DNA of 43,175 nucleotides, taken from assembly GCF_006345805.1 (NCBI RefSeq), contig NW_021835351.1, positions 1 to 43,175 on the forward strand, read 5' to 3'. Within the stretch, counting starts at the first letter, position 1. The number at the start of each line of letters is the position of its first letter. Source of the stretch: Octopus sinensis (Eukaryota). The notes beneath the pieces were generated by a model that had not been told where the DNA came from, ran no database searches, and saw nothing but the letters and a program-made list of their open reading frames with translations. Of the stretch, positions 13,392 to 25,301 are shown piece after piece. The position numbers were made by a program, and so were the translations under genes.

Positions 13392-13811
13392 TATATACAC
13401 TCAGTGACACACAGACACACACAGAAATCGATATATCTATGTATATATATATATGTATATATGTATGTATGTATGTATGTATATGCATATATTTATGCAC
13501 GTAATATATATATATATTATATATATATATATATATTATATCTATATATATACATACATGTGGGACGAGAAAGTGTTTTGTATATATAGTTTTATGCATA
13601 TAAATATGTGTATGTATGCATATGTGTATGCAAATACGCTTGTGAAGCATATTTGTGAACACACGTCTTTATTCTCTCTGTTTCTATGTGTCTATCAATT
13701 TAAGGTATATACACGCTTAAAACCATCCATCCACCTACACATACACACGCACTTATAAATCTCTGAATACGCATATATGCACACACACACATATGTATAT
13801 ATATATACATT
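11040..13811. repeat. Head-to-tail duplication of a ~1.39-kb block (11040-12434 and 12431-13811)
   Basis: TACATTATATATATGTGTATGTAAGC at 11044 and 12435. Unique segments (ACGGATTCGTATATTTCCGTG, GACGAAATGACAAG, GGGACGAGAAAG) recur at ~1390 bp offset. Confidence 0.95.
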
Positions 13812-13881
13812 GACACACACACACATATATAATGAATGCAAGAGGGAATGAAAGAAAGGAAACAAGCATATATGTATATAT

Positions 13882-13920
<39 letters not shown>

Positions 13921-13999
13921 ACATATATATATATACAGAGAAAGAGAGAGAGGGGTAGAGACAGAGGGAGACATATAAACAGACAGTCAGACAGGCAGA

Positions 14000-14021
14000 T
14001 AGTTAGATAGATAGATAGATG

Positions 14022-14067
<46 letters not shown>

Positions 14068-14068
14068 C

Positions 14069-14102
<34 letters not shown>

Positions 14103-14106
14103 ATAT

Positions 14107-14191
<85 letters not shown>

Positions 14192-14279
14192 GACAGGTAG
14201 ATAGATAGGTAGATAGATAGAAGAGAGTAGATAGATAGGTAGATAGATAGATAAGATAGATAGATAGATAGATAGATAG

Positions 14280-14312
<33 letters not shown>

Positions 14313-14404
14313 CTAGATAGATAGTAGATAGATAGTAGATAGATAGATAGATAGAGACAGGTAGATAGATAGGTAGATAGATAGACGAGAGATAGATAGA
14401 TAGG

Positions 14405-14475
<71 letters not shown>

Positions 14476-14476
14476 T

Positions 14477-14509
<33 letters not shown>

Positions 14510-14598
14510 ATGTAGATAGATAGATAGATATATAATAGATAGATAGAAGACAGGTAGATAGATAGGTAGATAGATAGACAGAGAGATAGATAGATAGG

Positions 14599-14638
<40 letters not shown>

Positions 14639-14761
14639 GATAGATAGATAGATGATAGATAGATAGATAGAAAGATAATAGATAGATAGAATAGATAGAT
14701 AGATAGATAGAGACAGGTAGATAGATAGGTAGATAGATAGACAGAGAGATAGATAGATAGG

Positions 14762-14840
<79 letters not shown>
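14000..14840. repeat. ~840-bp (GATA)n array with higher-order variant blocks
   Basis: Directly visible; AGACAGGTAGATAGATAGGTAG recurs at ~14191, 14355, 14547 and 14711. Confidence 0.95.
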
Positions 14841-15159
14841 TCGTCTAAAATGTGACAGATGGAAGCTGTATTACAGAAGCAGCAGTCAGACAAGAAGACT
14901 AGATATCTCATTCTCATTTTGGCTTTTGTATTTCCTAGATCTAAAATCACATCAATTAAACACAAAAGCCGCATCGGAATGCGTTGCTTTTCTGTTTCTG
15001 CTGCAAAGAATATTTACTAAATTAGAATATAATATAGATACGAAAAATTGTGAAACGAATTCTTAATTCTTTTGAGTTATCTCCCCTACTATTTTAGACT
15101 CAAAAAATTGCTCTGGGTTTTGGTTTAATTCCTTCAGCTAAAAGAGAATGTGCAATTTA

Positions 15160-16480
15160 GGAAATTTCTCGAACGGGTATTCTATTCGCAGCATGAACCT
15201 AGCAGAGACGTTAAACGAATATTAAGCTATGTTCGATATGTCCTTTATTCATGCATGGAAATTTTTGAAACATGACTTTCTATTCGTTGCTTTCGGCTAG
15301 AAGGGACCTTAAAAAACCTCAAGCTGTGTTTATTCTATTTTTTATTCATACTTAGTGGATTAATAAGTAAATTTATTAAACGTGTTTTGCTGTTCACAGT
15401 TTGGAGTAAGAACGGACATGAAACTATAAATCAAAGTCTGCTCAAAGTGTTTTTTTAGTCATCCATGTTGTGTCATGTACTATATTTATCGAATGTGTCT
15501 CTCTGTTTATAGTTTGGATTAGAGAAGGACGCTGAAAGAAACATCAAATTGAGCCTGTTCTATCCTTTATTCAGGCATAGCGCATCAAGATTCAAGTTTC
15601 ACAAACGTGCACTTCTGGCCTAGTCCGGAAGTCGGAGAGGCGAAACATCAACCGGTTTCTACTTTTTGTTTCCTTCAGACAAATTGTATCAAGAAATACG
15701 TCTATCAAACAAGTTTCTCTTTTGGTAGTTTGCTGCAAGAAAATACATTAAATGGAACGTCTAATCGTGTCTCTTCTGTCTTTGATTCAAATATAATCCA
15801 TCAAGAACTAAGTTTTTCAAATGTTAATTTTCATTTCAGTTTTGAGATGACAAGCTGTTAAACGAAATATTAAACTACGTTCATTTTTGGATTTGGTTTG
15901 CAAGATTCTTTAGATGAGTTCGTGTGTTGAAGCATATTCTGTTGTATCTGGGGAGAGTCATTTTTTCAGTGCCTTATTATTTAACACACTCACTGGTAAA
16001 ATTTCCACTTATTTCTTAGAGTGTTAAATAATAAGGTACCAAAAGAGAATGACTCTCCCCAGACACAATAGAATAAATTACGTTCGTTGTGTCTTTTATT
16101 CAGAAGTAGCTCGCGAAGTACTAAATTTATCAAATGTGTGTCTATGCTTGCATTTTGGAACGAGGAAACGTATTCAACGAAATATCAAGCTCCATGTATT
16201 CTGTATATTATTTAGACAATATACCCCAAGTACTAAATTTATCAAACGTGATTGTCTATTCACAATTTGGAGATTCGAGGGGCGTTAAACGAAACATCAA
16301 ACTATGTGACATTCTTGTTTTATTTCGAGGCATCGTATCAAAAACCAAATTTAACTAATATGTCAACACATACACAACGTTTGTTGCTGGGAAAAACATG
16401 AATCGAAGCGTCAATTTGTGTCCATTTTATATTCTATTCAGAAATAATATATGTATATCTAAATTTATCAAAAACGCATC
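15160..16480. repeat. Diverged tandem array, ~112-bp period, ~11 recognisable units
   Basis: An AAATTTATCAAACGTG-like anchor occurs at 15162, 15259, 15369, 15482, 15594, ~15698, 15810, 16123, 16235, 16347 and 16461, usually followed by TTCACAGTTTGG-like and GTTAAACGAAACATCAAACT-like blocks. Confidence 0.8.
15947..16063. mobile_element. 117-bp MITE inserted in the 112-bp array
   Basis: ~40-bp imperfect TIRs TCTGGGGAGAGTCATT..CCTTATTATTTAACAC / GTGTTAAATAATAAGG..AATGACTCTCCCCAGA; flanks TA (left) and CA (right), possibly a mutated TA TSD. Confidence 0.8.
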
Positions 16481-16913
16481 TTTTGCACGCTGCTTTTTTC
16501 CATTTTTTTGTTCTTTCAAGACAAAAAGAACTTCGTGATTTGAAAGAGAGATTTCGAAGCCAATTCTTGCAGGTCAAAAGGTAATTTACTTGATGGTAAC
16601 CATTCTTGGTTTAGCCTCTTCTTAGAAATATTCAAATTATAAAATCTGGCCTTTCCAATGTCAACACATCGTATTTGCTTAGTAAATTTTTCCTGTAAGA
16701 CCAACAAGTTCAATGCTGTATACAAAAATAGAACCTTATAGGAACCTCAGGATCAAATCTGAATGGAAGAATGTAAATTGAATGGTTTACCAATTATATT
16801 ATATTTGAATATATTACCTTTCGGATAAGTTAAGAATTGCTTTTGTTATATTGTTGCAACTAATCCTATTTGCGGACAATGTTTCAGGACAATTTTTTAA
16901 ATGCGGTTGTTAC

Positions 16914-16961
<48 letters not shown>

Positions 16962-17114
16962 AATCATCATCAACATCATCATCATCATCATCATCATCGA
17001 CGCCGTTGTTGTTAATGTTGTTGCTGTTGTTGTTGATTACGACGACGATGGTAATGAGGATGATGATGAGCATGATGATGATGAAGATAATGATGATGAT
17101 GGTAGTGGTGGTGG

Positions 17115-17145
<31 letters not shown>

Positions 17146-17340
17146 AATGATGATGAAGATGATGATGATGATGATAATGATGATGATGATGATGATGGTG
17201 GTGCTGGTGGTGCTGGTGGTGATTATATGATGATGCAGTCACCATCGTTGTTGTCATTGCGGCAACTGTTGTTGCTGCTGCTGCGGGTTTCATTGATGGT
17301 GATGACGGCGATGATAATGACGACGATGACGAATGACAAC
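16914..17340. repeat. (CAT)n followed by (GAT)n trinucleotide arrays
   Basis: Directly visible; explains the poly-I/D/M/H ORFs in the track. Confidence 0.95.
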
Positions 17341-17684
17341 GATCGTGGTCGCTGTCGTCGTTGCCGATCTTTTTACTATTGTATTTCTTTCGACGCCATC
17401 GTTATTGCTGTCGCGAAAAACCGCCTGTTGTTTTTTTGTTTACATTTCGAAATTCTAGAAAGTATAACAGCAAGCAGTATTCTAATGGAACAAAAAAATA
17501 TACCACTTTTTGCTAATATAAATATACAGAGTTTCATTCAGGCACACATTAACTGGGCTACCTAACTACAAGACATAATAAAAAACTAGGAATATTGTTA
17601 ATAGGACAATGAGTAACAAGGAGCTCTAAACATTCGTAATTTTACATCACAACATACATACGTTTTCTAAGTACAGAATAATTT

Positions 17685-17792
17685 ATTTATTTGTGCGCCC
17701 TATTCAAGCCTAGCCAGGCTCATGGGCGCGGTTTCCTCGGTTTCTGAGGCGTGTTCACCTCAGCTAGACGGGTCGCCAGTCCATCGCAGCAT
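17685..17792 (-). mobile_element. SINE remnant with Meta/V-domain-like core
   Basis: Minus read GCTGCGATGGACTGGCGACCCGTCTAG...CAGAAACCGAGGAAACCGCGCCCATGAGCC resembles, from recall, the CCTGCGATGGACT core and CAGAAACCGG segment of MetaSINE/V-SINE families. Confidence 0.5.
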
Positions 17793-17921
17793 TACTAAAA
17801 AAACAGGAGACAAACAAACCGCATAGATATACATAGTAGTCTCTCTCTTTGTCTCTCCGTCTGTCTTTCTATCTATCTATCTATATCTATCTATCTATCT
17901 ATCTATCCATCTATCTATCTA

Positions 17922-17965
<44 letters not shown>

Positions 17966-18051
17966 TATATACATATATATACATATATATATACATATAT
18001 ATATAAATAGATAGATAACTAGATAGGTAGATTGATAAATATATATATAGA

Positions 18052-18084
<33 letters not shown>

Positions 18085-18103
18085 GTGTATGTATATATAT
18101 GTT

Positions 18104-18136
<33 letters not shown>

Positions 18137-18619
18137 CTGTGTGTACATGTGTGACTGTGTGTGTATACATATGTGCGTGTCAGTGTGTACGCTGTATTTT
18201 AAAACCTCATCGTAGCCAAAGCTCGTTTACTTGCATTAAAACATTTGTCTCAGAATATCCCCAGCGATCATCTTACAAAGGAAATGTTTTAATCTAATGG
18301 TAAATATTTGCTCACGTAACCCAGCATCTCGTAAAACGAATTACACCGTTCTTATAAATCTGTTTGCTGGATTTATTAGTATGTCCTTGGCAAGGTAACA
18401 ATGCGCATCAATACGGCTGTACTTTCAATAAGGATTAACACCAGCCGTGATAAAATCTCTCTGAAAAACGTTTGCTCTTATCCATTGTTTGATGTCTGGA
18501 TCAGTTTCAATGTCTTTTGAGATTGATATCACAGACTGTATGTTTAACTTTTCTCTTTTAATTACCCTGGTCAAGGGATTTCGGCTATGTTGGATTACAT
18601 TGGATTATTAGATTAGATT

Positions 18620-18785
18620 TGATAGACAAGTTTGTGTGATTAAAAATCACAGCTTGCAACCATATGATCTTCGTTTCAGTAACGCCACGTGGTACCTTGG
18701 TCAGGTCTTTTTTTACCATAACCTCCGGGATGAGAAATGCTTCAAGAACGAATTTCGAATACGGAAAATGTGTGGAAGCCTGAAT
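18620..18785 (+). mobile_element. Diverged tRNA-derived SINE
   Basis: Aligns by eye with 4810-4980 (CCACGTGGTACCTTGG..., GGAAAATGTGTGGAAGCC). Confidence 0.6.
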
Positions 18786-18904
18786 TTAAAAGTACGTGTG
18801 TATGTGTGACCTTGTGTGTGCGAGTGTGCGTGTCTTTGTATTTGCGTTTATTCCACAACACCGTCTCGACATTAACGCTTGTTTACATGCCTGTATGAAG
18901 AAGT

Positions 18905-19010
18905 AGATTTTTAAACATGAATACGCTGGGTTCGTTTGTTCGACGAGGTCGTTCAGTTGATGCCATGGAATGGCTGCAGTCCGATGGCTAAGACATGTAA
19001 ACAAGCAGAA
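18905..19010 (+). mobile_element. SINE fragment, reverse orientation relative to the CAGTCATTTGACTGCGGCC copies as read on +
   Basis: GCCATGGAATGGCTGCAGTCCGATGGCTAAGACATGTAAA is a diverged reverse complement of TTTACTTGTTTCAGTCATTTGACTGCGGCCATGCTGGAGC. Confidence 0.5.
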
Positions 19011-19065
19011 GAAATGATATACATACATACTTTCATATACACCACACAACACACACACATATATA

Positions 19066-19105
<40 letters not shown>

Positions 19106-19204
19106 GTATATATATATATATATACGTATGTATATATATATATGTATATGTGTATGAATATATATAAATATGTATATATGTATATACATCTCACCCTGTC
19201 TCTT

Positions 19205-19243
<39 letters not shown>

Positions 19244-19245
19244 CA

Positions 19246-19289
<44 letters not shown>

Positions 19290-19479
19290 TATATAATATA
19301 TATATAATGTGTGCGTGCGTAAACACGCGCATTCCTATGTGTGTGTATGTGTTCCTGTTGGTTTGTATTGTTCCACGCCTATATGACCCTACGTCCGAAT
19401 CTATAATTGTTTGTATTTGTTACTGTTCATCACGTCTCGTCTATTGTGGCTATTTACAGATAATCTCCCGTCTATTTGA

Positions 19480-20095
19480 AGGTGATAGACACAGCCGGAC
19501 GGAAAGGGACAGATAGAGAAAGAGAAAGATAAAGAGGAACAAAAGAGGAAAGATTTTGTGGGAGAGAGAAGAAAAATGGGTGTGATTATATTATGTATGT
19601 TATGAGAGAAATATATAAAATTTGAAAGAGAATCACAACGAGTGAGAGACCTTGAACGATACAGACAAAGGGAAATGGAGGCGAAGAACATAATTGTGTG
19701 AAGACTTCAAGAATGAGAGAGAAAATATGAAAGAGACAGAAAGAGCTTGAGGAGAAATACACAATATGGAGGATTTGAGGGAAATATACAAGATTTGTAG
19801 AAAAGAAGCAGAGGAAATTTGGCAAAAAAATAAATGGAGAGTAAAAATAAAGCGAGAGAAAGAAAGCGGGAGGGAGAAAGTCAGAGACGTACACACGAAG
19901 AAAGAGAAATAAAAGAGAGCGAATAATAAATGGAGGTAAATAAAAGGAGAAATTGATAGAGATTAGCGGGAATGGTTTTTATATAGTGTAGTGTATGAGA
20001 GAAATAGAGATTTAAAGAGGAAAGGAAAAGAAAGGGAGAAATAGACAGACAAAGAGGGAGGGAGACAGCGAGAGAGAGAGAGAGAGAGAGAGAAA
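19480..20095 (+). repeat. ~600-bp purine-rich (GA/GAA) low-complexity tract
   Basis: Strong A/G strand bias, ending in (GA)n. Confidence 0.8.
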
Positions 20096-20272
20096 TATAT
20101 TTTTGTGGAATTACTGAATTTAGAAACTCTAATTATTTCCATAAATATTTCCCATCATAGAATATATTTGATTTCTATCAGGAATACAAAACAGACAAAA
20201 CAACCGAATGTGTTCGGAATATATAAACACACCGCAAATATGAATATATATATATATATATATATATATGTT

Positions 20273-20311
<39 letters not shown>

Positions 20312-20372
20312 TATATATATAAACATATATATAATATATATATATATATATGTATGTATACGTATGTATGTA

Positions 20373-20420
<48 letters not shown>

Positions 20421-21174
20421 CACATACATACACACACTGATACATATAAATGTATATATATATGTATACATGTATTTATGTGTGTGTAGGTATAAATCAA
20501 TAGACATAAATACCTTCCATTCTAAGAAAAAAATTAATGTATATATGTATGTATGTGTGAATGTATGAATGTATGTATGTATAAAACGTCATAAGCATTG
20601 AATTAAAATGCATAAACTTACTATTTAGTTGTACTTTTATGTGTGTATGAGTGTGTGTGTGTGTACGTGCATTTTGTGTATGTCTACTTGTGTGTGTGTG
20701 TGTGTGTGTGTAAATGTATATCCTATTATGCATTCATAAGTATTGGGGTCCCCTTGACGCCAGAAATCAAGGCAAAAATCATTTATCGGCTACATAATGT
20801 TTGTACACAATTTCATTGATAAACACACCTGTACACACACACACATATATGTATGTGTGTTCGTGTGTATGCTTGACAGTAAGTGTGCGGCTGTGTATTG
20901 CTGTATCTACGTACGTATGTCCATCATACAACAAAGAAGGACAAAAGATGCAGAAGCTAGTAACGATACAGACGAGATTAAATGACTGAATCCGTATATA
21001 AACAAACAGAAATACATTGAAATCGTGAAATATAAATAATTGTAGTTTGACTCCACGACCTACCAGCCGTGACCTTCTCCTTTTCTATAGATTTTTTCTT
21101 TCTTTACTTTCGCTCTTCGTTTCCTATGAAACATAAACCAAAAACTATCGACGACTCATCTCCAATATTTCGAA

Positions 21175-21525
21175 TCCGCAAGGCGGTGAACAAACAGGAT
21201 AGGGGTCAATAAAATAAGTACCAGTTACACACTGGGTTTAATGTAGTCAACAAGTCACCTCTTCCACAATTTCCCCTTGTGTCTATAATAGAAAGGGTTA
21301 TTGTTATTATTATCATTAATATTATTATTATTATTATTATTATTATTATCATTATTATTATTAGTAGTAGTAGTATTGTTATTGTTGTTGTTCTTGTTGT
21401 TTTTTGTTTTTATTATTATTCATATTTTGGTGTGGATAGGTTAATTACCAGTGAAATACTGGGGTCGATGTAATCGACTAGTCCCCTTCCCGAAATTTCA
21501 GGACTCGTGCCTTCAATAGAAAGGA
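21175..21525 (+). mobile_element. Two Deu/Nin-domain-type SINE fragments separated by (ATT)n
   Basis: GGGGTCAATAAAATAAGTACCAGTTACACACTGGG (~21200) and ACTGGGGTCGATGTAATCGACT...GAAAGGATAATAAT (21445-21525). Confidence 0.65.
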
Positions 21526-21544
21526 TAATAATAATTATTATTGA

Positions 21545-22050
21545 GTGATTGAGCAGTGCATGCCATCAGAGTGACACTGGGGTAAATATACGAAGCCCAG
21601 TATACCCATCATGACTACCTGCCTTTTGGGAGTTTCTTGGTATCTGAACTAGGTAGCACTCAGCCCCTTTTGCTATCATACCTAGAGCACCTATCACAGC
21701 ATGTATTGTGTTAGTCTTGAGGTCCACATTTTGCCAATTTCTATTTCAATATCTTTATACTTGCTCAACATCTTTATACCTGTTTTTGGTAGGTCTTGAC
21801 AGATACATTTATATCAAGTGGGAGAGTTATATCAATGAAGAGGCAAGATTTTGTCTAAAGTGTTTGAATATAATGCCTGGCTTATCCGCATCTATCTTTC
21901 GGTCAGTTTGAATGGTGAAGTTCCAGAGGATTGAGATGTGATCATTTTCAAGCACTGGAAGTGGTTTGTGCTCCCACCAGTTCTTTATCATTAAATGTGA
22001 TTTTAGAGTCACGTTTTGGCTGCTATTTCCAGCGTGGTGATATCTCTTAG
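21545..22050 (-). mobile_element. 5'-truncated R4/Dong-like non-LTR retrotransposon (RLE domain and 3' UTR)
   Basis: KNWWEHKPLPVLENDHISILWNFTIQTDRKIDADKPGII then ...NRYKD...AVIGALGMIAKG, matching the PD..D/E.K restriction-like endonuclease C-terminus. (TAA)n-like sequence lies on both sides. Confidence 0.8.
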
Positions 22051-23371
22051 ATACCCTAAATTATAATAATTTTAATAATAATTATTAATTTTGAAGGTTT
22101 TTATTCTCATGCTGGCCACATGATAAGATCGATATTTAAATAACGATCTTATCCTTTGTATACGTCGATTTTTGCCTCTCAATTTCGTCTTACTATATAT
22201 TTTTCCACCAAGGTCTATATCAGAATACACTGACTCAGATTTACGGGACAGCTACACTAACTCAACTCAAAACCACAGGATTTGAAAGTGAATCAATCAT
22301 CTGAGAGTGTGTATATATACGTACGTAGGTATGTATATATATATGTACGTACGTTTGTATGCACGTTTGTATGTATGTATAGATAAAAACAGATATACCT
22401 GTAACCGTATATATAAATATATTACACATGTATATATGTATATGTGAGAGTGTGTGTGCCATTGTGTAGATGAACGTGTTTGTGTGATTGTCTGTGTATG
22501 TATGTGTATGTATGTATATGTAAGTATATATGCATGCATGAAATACTCAAATTATGTATATAATTTACTCTTTGAATGTAAGAGCACACACTATTCTCGA
22601 AATTAAAATTGAATTCAAACTATTTGATGCAAATTGATATGTAACCCATTTATAAAAGCACAAATATATACATACACACATTTTCAAATATATATATATA
22701 CGTATATGTATACATATATGTGTCTGCGTGTGGTGTGTGTATACTTATATATGTATATATATTTCTATATATTAATATATATATGTATTAATATATGTAT
22801 ATATGTATTAATATATGTATGCATCTATATATATAAATCTATGTGTATCTCCACAATGCAGGCAGGATATTATCTATTAAGTCTTTATAAACATACATAC
22901 TATTTATGGAACCTACATTGAATTGAAAATATTCAATAGAAATATCCATCTTCTATATCTGTTCCCCTACTCTATCTTTGATACGATGTTATTTTATCTC
23001 TGTAAAGATACATACGTTATCTTAAAATATATTGCAAATTAAAAAGATCCGATATATGTATAGATAATAAGGTGTGTATAAGTGTCTTTTAATGAAATCC
23101 CAGATGAGATATCCAGATTTCTATGCATAATGTATAATAAAATTTTTGTTCGTTCGAAATTCATGTTTCGCCTAACGGTCTTAACAATCGCCCATTCATT
23201 GAATATGATGTCCCAGTGAACACGAAATTGAATATGTTGATATCAGAGGGTCAATCAACACTCCACATCTTGGTATATTTCCTTCCGAAAGCCAGACTTT
23301 CAAATTTTAATTCACCTGATGGAAACGTAGTATATTTCTCACAATGTAATCGAAGTTATTCATCAATAATG

Positions 23372-23412
<41 letters not shown>

Positions 23413-23429
23413 ATGTATCACCCACACAT

Positions 23430-23745
23430 ACAACTGATAGGCGTTCTCCTCACTCTCACACGCCATTCTTACATACACACACACGCTTGCGCATACCAGT
23501 TCAGCCACGTCACCGTTATTATCTCCCCTTCACTCAGCCTTTTTCTTCCGGTTATCTCGTCGAGTTTAACCACTAATCCCTACATATTTCTCCCTCTCTA
23601 CACTTTTCTCCTCTAATCCTTGTCTATCGTAGAGCATAGGCTCGAAATGTCAAAGGCCTATCCATTCTTCCCGAGCGTTAAACTAAGACACCTTTTTCCC
23701 GTTCCCACACCGGTTTTTGTTACCTATGAATTTGAACTATATGGA
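23430..23745 (+). mobile_element. Short Penelope-like repeat with degenerate hammerhead-like fold
   Basis: CCTTGT-CTATCGT-A-GAGC-ATAG-GCTC-GAAA-T-GTC-AAAGG (23618-23656), then CTTCCCGAGCGTTAAACTAA, shared with 36630. Confidence 0.55.
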
Positions 23746-23812
23746 TGCACAGGATGCAAACTCAAAGCCCTGCATTTCAATGCACTAGGCCACCTCAGGT
23801 GACAGACCCAGG

Positions 23813-24290
23813 ATGGCCACGACTAACACGTCCCCAGATATCGCACCCGTATTCCTATTGAACTTCAGAGGTCTGCTAAAACTCAGCAACAGAGGTAAAA
23901 TTCTCTATCTAAAAGAGCTTCCTGCATGCAATCAAACACTATACATGACATTCACTGAATCGCATCTAACCCTTAATGTAACAGACTCGGAAGTGCACAT
24001 GTCAGGGTATACTGTATTTTGTACAGAGAGAATAAAGCCACAGTAGATTTGCTATGTATATCCGTGATGATGTCAAATCTTTTGTATTACTGCCATATTC
24101 AAAATCACTTTGTAACTAACTTAATAACGTATATAAATCAAGTTGATGTAGCTGTGTGTACAATGTATCGTCCGCCACATACCATGAAATATGACGGCAA
24201 ATTTGAGGAAAGTCTCAGCAACATAGAAGAGGTATTGATATCGATCAGGTCACGGTAAAAGCCCCTTCCAGTCATTGCTCCAGCATGGCC
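23813..24290 (+). mobile_element. CR1/L2-group LINE apurinic endonuclease domain remnant
   Basis: LLNFRGLLK...KILYLKEL...TFTESHL...DSEVHMSGYTVFCTER and VCTMYRPP...KFEESLSNIEEVL are APE motifs I-V; broken by stops and frameshifts. Confidence 0.8.
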
Positions 24291-24463
24291 AAAGTTTATT
24301 GGGTGGAAAAGGTAAACGAGAAAAGCACATATAGATAGATAGATAAACGTATTTATATTTATATAAAATAAAGATAAAAGGGACATATATATCTACATAT
24401 ACATATATGCATGTATGTATATTTTTTATATGTAAAGAATACAAATAATATATATTACTTGAC

Positions 24464-24502
<39 letters not shown>

Positions 24503-24659
24503 TATATATATATAATTATATATATATATATAATTATATATATACATATATATGTATAATTATATATATAAATATATATAATTGTATATATATATTTAGA
24601 TACACGTATTATATACACATATTTATTTATTCATATATATTCATATGCTATATATACAC

Positions 24660-25102
24660 ACACCCACACATATATATAAATATAGAATTATATATATATC
24701 TTTATATACACGTATTTATACACATACATATATATTCATATATATTCATACGCATTTATATATATATATATGTGTATGTGTTTATGTTTGGTATTTATTG
24801 AGAAATGTAAAATGGCGTGATAACATATATTGATATCAATTTTATCGACCGTTCACTGTCATCGTTTCTACAATTGTAAAAGATATGTTGCTGTGTTCTC
24901 TTTATTTTAAGCGGAAGACGTCAACAAAGATTAACTTACAAACAATACACGGTGAAATCGTGCAGAAACGAAGATAGAGCAGAGCTACCACTGACGTTTC
25001 AATAGTTTTTCCAAGCAATTTCTTGCAGGAATCAATCAGCAATTAAATAACGAAAAAACAAACACAGTGAATAGAAGAAATAATCTAAGCCAATGTGCGT
25101 GT

Positions 25103-25138
<36 letters not shown>

Positions 25139-25248
25139 TATGCCTGTGTGTGTGTATGCCTGTGCGTGTGTAGTTATGTATATGTGCGTAAAGGTAGAGA
25201 AAGTAATATCTTTCCGCTCAGTAACGAGTAAAAATATATATATATATG

Positions 25249-25301
<53 letters not shown>

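Noticed and set aside
14003-14974. 323-aa ORF (YLSI repeats)
   Set aside because: Translation of (ATCT)n; the short unique N-terminus has no recognisable motif.
15160-16480. CRISPR array
   Set aside because: Repeats are not identical, the 'spacers' are homologous to each other, the context is eukaryotic and there are no cas genes.
16632-16692. Minus-strand KNLLSKYDVLTLERP, resembling a Cys-loop receptor N-terminal LL..YD...RP motif
   Set aside because: In-frame stop five codons later with no donor, and its phase does not match the 26435 donor; likely chance unless polishing changes the sequence.
16870-17565. 231-aa poly-I/poly-D ORF and overlapping poly-M/poly-H ORFs
   Set aside because: Explained by (CAT)n/(GAT)n microsatellites, which lack stops in these frames.
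23141-23437. ~99-codon open frame in unique DNA, and the minus-strand acceptor at 23316
   Set aside because: No convincing splice pair on plus, all three minus frames hit stops, and no motif is recognised.
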